From assembly GCA_965235115.1 (NCBI GenBank), contig OZ249436.1:54128001-54192000 (forward strand): a stretch of DNA of 64,000 nt, given 5' to 3'. The DNA comes from Laetmonice hystrix (taxonomy: Eukaryota). A program made the translations under genes and the position numbers. Below the pieces are notes generated by a model. That model was not told the origin of the DNA. It ran no database searches and saw only the letters and a list, made by a program, of their open reading frames with translations. This document shows, one piece after another, positions 54,301 through 63,165 of the stretch; position 1 is the first letter of the stretch; each line of letters starts with the position of its first letter.

Positions 54301-56391
54301 ATTCAATGTTACCTGAATGAATACATTTGTAATTTATTACTCTGTATTACAGACGTAACTCGCTGTTAGAAGGAGTGGCTCTCAACTTGTTACTCTGTAT
54401 TACAGACGTATAACTCGCTGTTAGAAGGGGTGGCTCTCAATTTGTTACTCTGTATTACAGACGAAACTCGCTGTTAGGAGGGTGGTTATCATTTTGTTCC
54501 TCTGTAGTACAGACGTAACTGGCTGTTAGAAGGAGTGCATGGCTCTTAATTTGTTACTCTGTATTACAGACGTAACTCGCTGTTGGAAGGAGTGGCTCTC
54601 AAGAAACACGAGGCTACACCACTTCAGAGAACCTACAACCAGTATGGACTGGATGGGGTAAGTATAGAGAACATGCATGATCTGCAGGCTTCTTACAGCT
54701 ATAGGGATCGATCGTTTATTTCGTTTGGGTATCTATCTTCAGGACAGTAGAAAAGATATATCAGAGATGTTCTTACCAATATACCTGTATCAAAAAGGTA
54801 GAAGGAAACATTGAATGTATTCATTAATTAAAACTGGCGCACTTTATTTGTTTATGTATTTTGTTTATTATGACACTTTCTGTATTGACTCATCCAATTA
54901 CTAAAATACTACATGCTAACCTTAAAAAAACATTTTGTCTTTCTTCCTAGACAAGCGCAAATGGAGGCCAGAGTCAAAACCCATACGGTCTGCTGAATGG
55001 CCAGGCACCGAGGAAGAATCACGGCCCGTATGGCAGCCACGGCTCGCTGTACGGTGGCACCTCGCCGAGTGTCCCGGCCGGGTCGTACCCAAGTCACGGT
55101 CCGCCTACCGCCAGCCCCGGTCAGCCTGGTGGGGCGGTCACCATCGGACACAGGTCACGCTCAAACAGCTACGGCTCCAAACCCAAGAATCTCTTCAATA
55201 CGAGTAATATCTCAAATAGCAGCCAGAACGAACATCACTCTAAATCACAGTCAATATACGGCAGACACAGAGTCTCACAGAATAACAATAACAACGGCCC
55301 CAGGACGAAAGTTGTGAAAAGTCAGATTGTGAACGGTGTGAGCCGGTCTGGTGTAAACAGTCCGCCGGTGACCAGGGCCGAGGTGGTGGGTGGCGGGCCG
55401 GGCTCGCACAGCGCCGGTAGCCGGGCCAGCACGGGGTCGGGCGGGGAGGGGACAGGCCAGCCGTTCGTCCCCAACGACCATCCACCACCCGTACCGGCCA
55501 GCCGTATGTACACCGTCAAGGGTAACGTCAAAGTGGGCTACCCTCAGATACGGGTCATGAAGCAGAATTATCAAGGTAATTACGGAAATCCAATCTATTT
55601 TCTAACACTGCTGTTGTAATAATCATCGCAGGTGTCACTTAATAAGCGACGTATCAAGCATTTGAAAATGAGGATATTCAGAAGGAAAAATTGACCAGAA
55701 AAAATGGGCAAATTGACAAGAGATAAAAAGAGAGTAAACTTGTGGCATTCAACACCTCTCGCCCCCTGGCGTGTGTTCAGTGTACCACTGAGGCCAGGAA
55801 AAGTGAGACAATCCATTCAGCTGTGATATTGACTTTGTGTTTGAAACTTTCAGACTATGCCACTGGAGAGCTGCTAGTGAAGGGCCAGGAGATGAAGGTG
55901 GTCGGCCTGTGTAACAAGAAGGGTTACCTGCAGGTGGAACACGGAGCTAACATCCTGCAGGTCCCTTACCAACTGACAGACATACATGTACAGGTTAGTG
56001 GTCCACTCTCACCTCACGCCAGGGAATCACTGTAAATTAAAGTAACAACTAGGACAAACCTGCTTAGAGAAATCACCCGGATTGCTGTATGGTTGCCACA
56101 GGAAATGTACCGGAAATCTGTTATACTCATTCATGTAGTAATGTTTCACAACTTTTCTATACTCTTTCGTGACGTAATGTAAGCCAGTTTGTTTTGAATG
56201 AAACGCCATTTTAATTTTCCAATCACTGCACTACGTGTTGCTTGTGATTCATCATGACCTCAATTAAAATCCAGCCCTTGATTTCAGTCTGTGTGATGTT
56301 TGTGTGTAATCTCTGCTCTGTTCCCTTGCAGACAGTCCAAGTATCCCGGCGGGGTAGCGCTAGTTCCCATTTACCCGGGGTAGACGTATAA
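5266..56391 (+). CDS. dachs: Dachs-like unconventional myosin (class XX); whole spliced gene span, 24 coding exons, ~1509 aa
   Basis: Exons carry myosin motor motifs (EDLIHL, GVSGSGKS P-loop, SSRMG switch I, DMFGFE switch II, PHFIRCIK) and an IQSRWRG motif. They also carry Dachs-type signatures (LFDVAGGGPETDAFKHL, DGAIYRTRIHCYFIDQ, PPPVPASRMYTV). All joins are GT-AG with matching phases; total 4530 nt. Confidence 0.9.
11934..12871. mobile_element. PIF/Harbinger-like MITE rich in GATC-containing internal repeats
   Basis: Imperfect TIRs CCCCTTTACACA / TGTGTAAAGGGG, with TTA flanking both ends (11931-33, 12872-74). Confidence 0.75.
19936..20191. mobile_element. CAGGGGCGGAT-type MITE
   Basis: CAGAGGCGGAT ... 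ATCCGCCCCTG termini; no TSD recognisable. Confidence 0.6.
22070..22390. mobile_element. CAGTGGCGGATCC-type MITE, degenerate or composite
   Basis: Same left terminus as the copy at 56766; G/C homopolymer runs; diverged right end. Confidence 0.45.
22927..23103 (+). CDS. dachs: Dachs coding exon 2 (177 nt, phase 1-1, Cys/His/Ser-rich)
   Basis: tatttttcag acceptor and G|gtaagt donor. Open frame DGPPDVSIAATHYSS...SHTKH, in phase with the flanking exons. Confidence 0.6.
26642..26766 (+). mobile_element. 3' end of a second retroposon with (ACTC)n tail
   Basis: Flanked by 13-bp TSD TCACCGCCATGAT (26629-26641, 26767-26779). Confidence 0.8.
26821..28058. mobile_element. CMC/EnSpm-like MITE (CACT termini) with GGTTC/GAACC subterminal repeats
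   Basis: TIR CACTCTTAGAA / TTCTAAGAGTG, 2-bp TSD CA, ~59-bp internal repeats near the left end. Confidence 0.85.
28107..29735 (-). mobile_element. Degenerate L1/Tx1-clade LINE ORF2 (reverse transcriptase) fragment
   Basis: Motifs NNKTPGSDGLPAEFYKFFW, GVITLIPK, NWRPISLLNTDY, DQTAYIKGRFIGE, VDFEKAF and QAADDTTL, with frameshifts and stops. May continue past the MITE to ~30560. Confidence 0.9.
29739..30464. mobile_element. PIF/Harbinger-like MITE with CG-rich long TIRs
   Basis: TIR AGCTGTATCCTCACTGGACGCGTGCGACGCGAGCGACGCG and its reverse complement; flanks TGA/TAA (imperfect TWA-type TSD). Confidence 0.8.
30582..30815. mobile_element. CAGGGGCGGAT-type MITE with 5-bp TSD
   Basis: TIR CAGGGGCGGAT / ATCCGCCCCTG; TSD TTGGA. 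Confidence 0.85.
31346..31460. repeat. Two-copy ~61-bp tandem duplication
   Basis: TTAGGTGTCTTG.TGGTTTGACG.AGATGT.GAATCTTCCCACGTCCAT occurs twice. Confidence 0.8.
33639..33695 (+). CDS. Possible extra phase 1-1 micro-exon (DDGFLDEKTCDAHPSHTGD)
   Basis: atacag acceptor with a weak pyrimidine tract and G|gttag donor. 57 nt, in frame, 96 nt upstream of the next exon. Confidence 0.25.
33792..33928 (+). CDS. dachs: Dachs exon: start of motor domain (LEDLIHLSEPLTEEAVIKTLQARF)
   Basis: tttcattgtag / gtaagt; myosin N-terminal motor motif. Confidence 0.9.
36851..39048 (+). mobile_element. Helentron-associated element (HINE/DINE-1-like) with central ~145-bp tandem array
   Basis: 5' TT then subTIR ATCCCATCCCCT with inverted copy at 36869-36880, (GTA)n, and an array at ~37410-38970. 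3' subTIR GGGATGGGAT at 39008-17, hairpin TCGTGG..CCACGA, CTAG|TT end. Confidence 0.85.
39927..41590. repeat. 60-bp minisatellite, ~28 near-identical copies
   Basis: Unit AGACTGTAGTTTGAGGTACAGTCGATGATAGGTTTGATACGTCAGGTTTGTAGAGGGTGG, with 59-bp variants. Confidence 0.97.
44757..45870. repeat. 50-bp minisatellite (45/48-bp variants), ~23 copies
   Basis: Unit AGAGTGTCAACAGGCGTCAGCTGCCTGCACAAGACTGCTGAGATACAGAT. Confidence 0.97.
47305..47471 (+). CDS. dachs: Dachs motor exon (TRIGPILVLVNP...QTLIL)
   Basis: tttttcag / gtaggt; myosin GxILxxVNP motif. Confidence 0.9.
47698..47872 (+). CDS. dachs: Dachs motor exon (P-loop GVSGSGKS to switch I SSRM)
   Basis: ttttcag / gtacac; P-loop and switch I. 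Confidence 0.92.
48485..48559 (+). CDS. dachs: Dachs motor exon (GYLIENNLSDGAIYRTRIHCYFIDQ)
   Basis: ttttccag / gtgagt; translated by hand. Confidence 0.9.
48741..48825 (+). CDS. dachs: Dachs motor exon (SRVV...EKNFHVFYQMLAG)
   Basis: tgtctcag / gtacgg; ERNYHIFY-type motif. Confidence 0.9.
49000..49106 (+). CDS. dachs: Dachs motor exon (RYHLAG...YLSAGD...FLTWK)
   Basis: cttgcag / gtcagt; phase 1-0 fit. Confidence 0.85.
49596..49722 (+). CDS. dachs: Dachs motor exon (SALAVLGIP...LSAILLLGNVEF)
   Basis: tgtttcag / gtgagt; AILxLGN motif. Confidence 0.9.
49964..50082 (+). CDS. dachs: Dachs motor exon (LKSVAALLGVS...)
   Basis: tctgacag / gtaagt. Confidence 0.88.
50323..50461 (+). CDS. dachs: Dachs motor exon (RDGLAKALYSR)
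   Basis: gttgccag / gtatga; RDxLAKxLY motif. Confidence 0.9.
50641..50771 (+). CDS. dachs: Dachs motor exon (switch II, FIGILDMFGFE)
   Basis: ccaccag / gtaagg; switch II. Confidence 0.88.
51182..51459 (+). CDS. dachs: Dachs motor exon (NRFEQLCVNL...GLLSLLDAEC)
   Basis: aaacag / gtaagt; relay helix motif. Confidence 0.92.
51959..52158 (+). CDS. dachs: Dachs motor exon (FAIKHYCGPVMY)
   Basis: ttttccag / gtgagc; HYAGxVxY-type motif. Confidence 0.9.
52320..52386 (+). CDS. dachs: Dachs motor exon (loop 2 region, PKGTMFRISPS)
   Basis: tgtttcag / gtagag; phase 1-2 fit. Confidence 0.8.
52557..52656 (+). CDS. dachs: Dachs motor exon (DFHAKLD...PHFIRCIK)
   Basis: cctgcag / gtgagc; PHFIRCIK motif. 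Confidence 0.9.
52839..52938 (+). CDS. dachs: Dachs motor exon (QVRSLQLLETLHLMAA)
   Basis: tgttcag / gtatga; SH1/SH2 helix region. Confidence 0.9.
53174..53274 (+). CDS. dachs: Dachs converter exon (GFPHRLRYRVFNSYY)
   Basis: ttgttag / gtgagc; GFPxR motif. Confidence 0.9.
53584..53678 (+). CDS. dachs: Dachs converter exon (WALGKKHIFL)
   Basis: cgtttcag / gtaaga; GxTKIF-equivalent motif. Confidence 0.9.
53976..54146 (+). CDS. dachs: Dachs neck exon with IQ motif (ATIIQSRWRG)
   Basis: aacag / gtatgt; IQxxWRG. Confidence 0.9.
   Translation, partial: RGLSPVVGRATRQKAPPVGHYHPVPLAGQTVSEKMVDTQTSTDASKPRAPTHPTAH
54331..54602. repeat. ~54-bp tandem repeat x5 spanning an intron/exon boundary
   Basis: TTACTCTGTATTACAG|ACGTAACTCGCTGTTAGAAGGAGTGGCTCTCAA repeated five times. 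Confidence 0.92.
54570..54657 (+). CDS. dachs: Dachs tail exon (RNSLLEG...YNQYGLDG)
   Basis: Last of five tandem acceptors and the only one giving an open frame; gtaagt donor. Confidence 0.75.
54951..55575 (+). CDS. dachs: Dachs tail exon: G/S/P/N-rich insert then PPPVPASRMYTVKGNVKVGYPQIRVMK
   Basis: ttcttcctag / gtaatt; 625-nt open frame, phase 0-1. Confidence 0.8.
55854..55993 (+). CDS. dachs: Dachs tail exon, SH3-like region (ELLVKGQEMKVVG...GYLQVEH...VPYQ)
   Basis: ctttcag / gttagt; phase 1-0. Confidence 0.85.
56332..56391 (+). CDS. dachs: Dachs terminal coding exon (TVQVSRRGSASSHLPGVDV*)
   Basis: Strong acceptor ctctgttcccttgcag, phase 0, TAA at 56389-56391. Confidence 0.7.
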   Translation, partial: TVQVSRRGSASSHLPGVDV

Positions 56392-56765
56392 CGATGGCCT
56401 ATCTCGCTAACAACGATACTGTCAATCACGACTTTTCGGCAGTGAAACTTTTCTCTTGGTGCTTTTAACGTTGCATAATGTGTTATGCAAAAACTGGATG
56501 ACGTCGTTATGATTCACGTGGAAAGGATTGCGACTCGAGCTGTAAAATCGAGGGAATGTTATAAAGCTCTATACAGACGGCAAATGTTGGAATAACAATG
56601 CCGGAACAACAGTCATACATCGCCCCTACCGTACTTAATGATCCGCAAACTAATGATTTGGAAATGGATTGAAAAAAAATACACTAATGATTAAGTTCCG
56701 TTTGCACCACTAAAAATTTGTCCTGATGTTGCTAGGCTCAAAACGAGTTCAAAAAGTTGAAATCT

Positions 56766-56962
56766 CAGTGGCGGATCCAGGGGGGGGATCGGCGACGTCC
56801 GGACCCCCCCCCCCCTCAAATTTGCCAAATTTATTTTTTTTATAACCAAAATGCCTTTTGTTTTTACAACGGACCCCCCCCCCCTCGATTTGCCCTTTTT
56901 ATGCTGCCCCCCCCCCCTAGGACCCCGCCCTCCCCTGAAGATAGACCCTAGATCCGCCCCTG
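56766..56962. mobile_element. CAG(T/G)GGCGGATC-type MITE in the probable 3' UTR
   Basis: TIR CAGTGGCGGATC / GATCCGCCCCTG; 5-bp TSD AATCT. Confidence 0.85.
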
Positions 56963-57601
56963 AATCTTATAGTGAATCCAAGGGGATATTGTCATCACGA
57001 AGTACGGACAACGAACTAAGTCTGGTTCCAGTGTAACGAAGCACAAACGTAAGCTTGTCGTAAAGAACTACAAATGTACAAGCAAAGGTGACTGTGTTGT
57101 AACAGACTGCACCTCCAGAGAATGACCGGTTATTAAGGTTAACTAGAGGTCACGTCATGTCATTCCAGCAAAGACGGCGCTGTCAACCAATGGCCTCGAG
57201 GCCTACGAACGGAGACGAATCAGTTGATAGCCACCTTTAAGAGGTTTTTGAGATTAACAACGTTAAATGAGTGTGCCACAGTCGTCGGTGCCAACAGAAC
57301 GTGTTCTACGATAACAGATTGAGGACTTAACGACGTGATGGCTCGGTCAGCTGACCATGCACTGCTTCACTCTCAGAAACCGAACTCAAACCTTGGCTTT
57401 GGAAACCACTGTGCTAGTCTACCTCGTTACTTCACATACAGTGTGCCCCTATAGGAATGTCGTAGTCGTAACTATAATAGCAGATGTCAAGGAAAACTGC
57501 CATGTACATACGGTGTAATTATTTAGGCGTTTGTTGATGTGTATAAATGTAAATAAGAATGACCTTTTTTTAAGAAGGAGACGAAAGGCCGACTGTTTTA
57601 C

Positions 57602-57736
57602 AATAAACATTGTACATGAGAAATACGTAACGGTTATAATAATAGTGGGTATTCGATGCACAAAGGGATATCTGATGATAGAGGGTAGTTAATTTATCGA
57701 GGAATACTGAAAGACAAACTCTCTTTATGAAATAAA
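57602..57736 (+). promoter_or_regulatory. Candidate polyadenylation signals (AATAAA at 57602 and 57731)
   Basis: AATAAA hexamers 1.2-1.35 kb after the stop codon. Confidence 0.4.
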
Positions 57737-58645
57737 GTATTTAAATGATATCAGTATAGCCTAGGTGATTTCTGTTTGAGATTCACCAAACTTCTTCATA
57801 AAAACGCTACATGACTGCCATATTGACTTCTTTTCCACCCCTGAGCCCCCGAGCCTTTAATTCCAGATCAACCCATACTAAGGTATTCCCGTATATAAAT
57901 CTCGACATAAATAGGCAGGCCTATTTCCCGCTCTCGTATTATTACCATCGAACGGTGGTCATAGAATAGTGCTTGTCCATGTCCTATAACTAAGGGTAAA
58001 CCTTGTTAGGATGGAAAGGAATATGAGGAATGTTAAAACCATAGAACCTAATAGGCTCTCTGGCCGACAGGCGGCACCAGCATGTCACTAATGGCACTGT
58101 AGTCTCGATCACCAGACCCTTTTCCCCGCTAGAGGCCGCTCGTAGCGCTTGCGGGTATAGGAGGACGGTCCAGTCTTGCACTGTGGACTACCGGACGAGG
58201 GTAATTTCAGTAACCCTCGTCACTGGCGGAGGAGCAATCTCTCGCTTTGGGAAGTTCTTCCTCTTTTTTCTCCCATTTCGAGTTCTCCGATTGACCTCAA
58301 AAGTAGCCTACTCTGAATGTGAGGAAAAGTGCGCTAAATGTACTGAATGCGCTGTCTTTGCGTTGCTGTTGGTAGAGGCCGAGCCCGTAAAGTTCGGGTC
58401 CGAGACGAGGGTAGTCAGAATCGGTTTGGGTGAAAAACAATGGGTAGACACACGTGGCCGTATGCAAGAACATTTTATGAAGTTAATCCCAAGAATGGCT
58501 TAACTTACTATCTAGCTTAGATTTAAAAGGTTGGGTACGTTTGGTAGGCATGTTTAATTGAATTTTATTCTGCTTGGCCAGTTAAATAAGGGCCATTCTC
58601 CAAAAAGGAGAAAGGGCTAGAAAGTTCTGACTTTCTGCAGTATAT

Positions 58646-58716
58646 AGCCCGTATAGCCTACACCAACTTAAATGTGGAGTAGCACCACATTTAAGTTGGT
58701 GTAGGCTATACGGGCT
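58646..58716. repeat. Perfect 32-bp inverted repeat with 7-nt spacer
   Basis: AGCCCGTATAGCCTACACCAACTTAAATGTGG agtagca CCACATTTAAGTTGGTGTAGGCTATACGGGCT. Confidence 0.95.
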
Positions 58717-61474
58717 CAACATTCAAAGGGCGTGATGACCGTTTGGTCTTCTAACCAATGATTACTGAAGTAAATCTACAAGTAGCTGTACCAGGATCTA
58801 TAATGCGCCATGATTAGAGATTATACATGTGGCCTCCCCTTACACGACAAATGGCGATCAATAATTATGCAAGAAAAGCAAACAAAGTACGTTTTATGGT
58901 TTTATTTCATGTTATTGCGCAACAGAATGCAACCTTGGAACGTTTCCGATGGTCTGTATGTTCTCGATGGTAATAAACCCAATGTTTACACAGAGTAATA
59001 AATTAATAGTCCTCTAGCCATGGTGTTCAGGTACTCGACAGGAGACACATGATGGTAATAGCTCGTTGGTCTGAGCTGCGTTGTGTAGTGCTGTCATTAT
59101 CCTAAGATTGGATTTATCAAGGCCTGTAACCTTGGCCAACCTCCAGCTTGAGTGCCTCAATCTCAGGGTCGGGGTTGATTGTGTGCATATTGTACAACTG
59201 AAATGAGACATAAAGACATGAAAGTTAGCATTATAATCTGAGAATCGACCAAAACATTATTCAGCATGATATTATTATGTACTAAAAAAATTACGGAGTG
59301 AAGGCTTACACATTCAAAATAACAATTGTGATTATGAGGATTTGATCTGAGTAATTGAATTAGATTTTTTTGGATTAGATTAAGAGGCTCTGTCTCTCAC
59401 TACATTAAAGAATGAAATGTCTAGTGTGTGAAAGATCTCTATCTCTCTTCTTTCTTTTCTTGGTGGTGGGGGTGGAGGTACGGGCTTATCAACATGTATC
59501 AACATGTACTCACCTTCCTAACCTCGGTGGGTTTCACGTGTTGATAAGGTGCGTCAACACTGTACTTCCATGGCGTGTAACTACAGCGGGAGATAAGTCA
59601 TAAGTTTATACTATGGGCTGCCATTTAGTGTATAATAATAATAACTTCATACTGGCAAAGCTAATTTATATCCTCCCCGTTTTCACAATCCTGGATCCGT
59701 CCCTGCTAACACAGTATTAGTCTATTATAATACACAAATATTAGTCGAGAGAGAGGATACCTTTATTAAGACTGTACTCGCGACGTTACTGATATTTTAA
59801 AGTTATTACTACACTATATATTTGAGGGTATTGCAAGCGACAGTTACCTGAGGTCGGGTTTGGTGGTCATCATGTAACCGATGTAACCGGCACACATAAG
59901 GCACGCTCCTCCACAGATGGCCACGGTGGGGATGAGCTGCAAGCGAGATAATCTCATGATAATCCTGGTCAGTCATCGTTGAATATTTAAGATTGGTTAT
60001 CCGATTTATGTGGAGTAAACGTGACAGCAAACACAGGTGTGAGAGTGTACACACACCGCCTTCAAGGCCAACTTTCTTTATTGGCACCATTGTAAAGTCC
60101 CCGTGTGTCTGGCCAATATAAGGATGTTCCACATCAAATATTTCAATACCACTGACACTCATGTGGATTGATGTGTCGTCCCAGACTGTGTATTATCCTG
60201 GAGGTGTTACACAGTAGACTGGTATTTTGTGGATGATCTACACCAACACCACCCAGGCACGCAGCCCCGGCTCGTGCACCATAACAAGGCAGATCATTTT
60301 CGGTGCTTCAAAAACGAACATACGCCGAGGCAGAAACTTCATGCCTCTCACTATATATTTATTTTTTTAAATCCGTGTAAAACAACCGTTGTTAGGCCCT
60401 ATAATTCTATCAATAGAATCCTTCTTCTCCGCTTCTTAGAGTTTTTTTTCACTTAAATCCTTCTCATTTCAAATAGGAGAAATATAATCCAGTTGTAGCG
60501 AGCAATGTCCGTTGTTAGTGGGTTGGCGGGTGGAGCTGCTGCAGGTTACACGTAGAGTAGCGCCCTCACTGTTAAACAGAAGGAGACAGTTGTGTGTCAG
60601 GTCTGAGGGTAGAGAGCTCCTCACTTTTTGGATCGAGTAAATTAAGAACCAGAATGTACTATATGGGCCGGTGGGTTGAGACACCGTGGATGTCTATTTA
60701 GAAAAGGAGTGTGGAAATATATACTTGGCCTTGCAGGATCGCACTACTCTCACGTGTTATGTGTTCAGTGAACTTCCTTGTTCGGAGAAAGAACCTCCGA
60801 GAATTGTCGTTTCCCGGAGGAGATGATAGCATAGGCCTAGGCCTACAGTGGGTCAAAGCCCAAGGCATAGGCCTATAGCCTAGATCTACGTCCCCTTGCA
60901 CTTGCAGCCGTATAATTTATACAAGGGGATGACAGGCCAAAAAGAAATTATTTATATTGAATTGAAACTAATATCAAAGATTATCAATTATTCTTTCCTA
61001 ATTTATAGCGTTACGTAGAATATTTGGTTTAGCCCAGAAATAAAGTCCTTCCAGCTGTGTGACACAAGTCACGAACGCCCTTGGCGGGAATCTCGGGAGT
61101 CTGTGGAGAGAGCTGATCGGCTGCCACCTTTTGCTGCCACCTGGTGGCTTTGATTATATTGCCGACACTAGCGTCACACTGTGGTATCACAAGGTGGCGA
61201 AATAGACCGTCTGTCACTTCAAAAAGTTGGTCTCAGAATTCACTCTGCAGCTTTTCTGGGCTGTAGGCTACTTCCCTCTTGAAACAGGGAAATAAAAGGG
61301 TGATCGCATGAACGTAGATCTAATCGTGTTTTTTTATTCAATAGTTAGTCTACACAGTCAACTCACAGTAGGCCTACAGGGTGGACATGTGGTTTTCAGT
61401 TTATCTGCCACCAAAAACAACACAAACAGAACATATCACAGACATGGCGAAGATGGGATGGCTTGGAATCTTAG

Positions 61475-61953
61475 CAGGGGCGGTTCAAGGTTAGGCCTAA
61501 TTGGCGCCGGGGGGGGGGGGGTAGATCTAATTGGCGCCGGCGCCGGGGGGCGGCAAGAATGGGGGGGGGGGGGGTATGTTTGGTTTGAACCTTTTAAGCA
61601 TAAAAAAAGAAAACTTATTTCGTAAGGGGGTTGCATCAACCTTTTTGCGTGATCACGCCATACATCATTAAATAAAATAAACAAAAACCTTTTCAAAGAA
61701 TAAGGACAAAACGTGAGCTGCATGAGAATAATAAATAAATAAGTAGCCTATATCGTTTATGAATCTTAAATATACAAAAATATTTGGGTGGGGGTGCATT
61801 AGGTGCCGCCAGTTAAAAAATGTTATTAATGTAATACTTTAATAAAGAAATTAAAATTCTTGTAACAAATCAGTGTCTTTACTTTGGAGGACTGTCTTTG
61901 ATGCCGCCGCCCCCCCCCCCCCCCCCCCTCCACAGTACCTGAATCCGCCCCCA
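61475..61953. mobile_element. CAGGGGCGG-type MITE, degenerate
   Basis: CAGGGGCGGTTCA ... TGAATCCGCCCC termini; G/C runs. Confidence 0.55.
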
Positions 61954-63059
61954 TATATAGGTATATTTATAGCTATAGGCCTAAATATAGCCATCCTTCG
62001 ATCTCAGTCACGTGTATAGTACCTTTCAAAGAACATTTCAAGTTGTTGAAATACAACAAGTCAACAAGACAATAGTTGTTCATATAGAGTCTGGACCCCA
62101 CTGTTTAATCGATAAGGGCAGACAGTGCTCTGGCAGCGTAGGTACTGAATCAAGCAATACTGAGCGCCTGTCTGGCTGTCGATTACTGTCTGGGTACGTG
62201 CTCAGTGACCTTGAGCTATTGGCAAGCAGAACATCGAACTCTTGTATAATTTCACACAGAAAAGAAGCACTTCATTATAATGCAATACACACACCCTTTC
62301 TATACTGCTATATCACTATGTAAACCTATACAATGTATTTCATTTTACGTGGACCTACGCGAATGGTAAATTTAAAGTAGGCGTATATAACCTATACAAT
62401 CTAATTAAAATTAGATCTTGGTATTCCGCGTCTCTCTCGGCTGATTAGACAAAATAACATAGGTAGATAAGAGTTAATAATGGATTGTGAATTTATCTGA
62501 ATACAGTCAGAAAACCCACATCTGATCCGTTGCTATAGTGCCGTTCTCCCTGTCTTTGTATACGATTTTTCAAACAAATAACCAAACAAAGGTAGATACC
62601 GCGAAGAATGATTTCTTTGCCACTTACAGACCAGTGCTTCCTCATTACCGCAGGCGCAAACATGTGCACTGACCGCTCCATTCTCCTTTATGAATATTAT
62701 CCTGGGAGTATCTACAAAAAATGAAATTGTCTATATATGATAAACTTCCTTGGAAGTGAAAGGTATATCTGAACAGCCACCCGAAATAAGCGCATGAATG
62801 CTTGCAAAGTTCGCCTTACATATTGCTGAACATTTCGTCAGCCACTGCGTGGCAAAATGTCACCCTGTGCCTATACCGTGCAGAAGGCCAATAGCTGCAT
62901 GTTTGCCTGACCGTCTGGAAAACTCTCCAACGGCATGCTTTCTATAGATTTTATCCCGTACTATAATATAAATTAAGTAGGCTTATACACAAAGATGTGC
63001 TTTGTCGTGAACAGGTCTACATAAAGTTCCCAGAACTGATCGAGTTGGAATGTTATAAC

Positions 63060-63165
63060 AACGCGCACTGAAGATATATGTGAACACATATCGCTCGACT
63101 CCCATCCCGGACACGAGCACCGGTCGCTCGCGCTTCAATGTCGAATGAATGAATGAATGAATGAA
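63060..63165 (+). repeat. (GAAT)n tail, possibly a retroposon 3' end
   Basis: (GAAT)5 following a short CG-rich stretch. Confidence 0.35.

Noticed and set aside
54909..55574. Overlapping alternative-frame and antisense ORFs
   Set aside because: Shadows of the GC-rich Dachs tail exon.
58100..58413. TAGTCTCG and ACCCTCGTC/GACGAGGGTA terminus-like motifs
   Set aside because: Could not pair the ends with a convincing TSD.
59809..60456. Possible neighbouring gene (117-aa minus ORF and overlapping plus ORFs)
   Set aside because: No recognisable domain, in-frame stops on extension, and no coherent splice chain.
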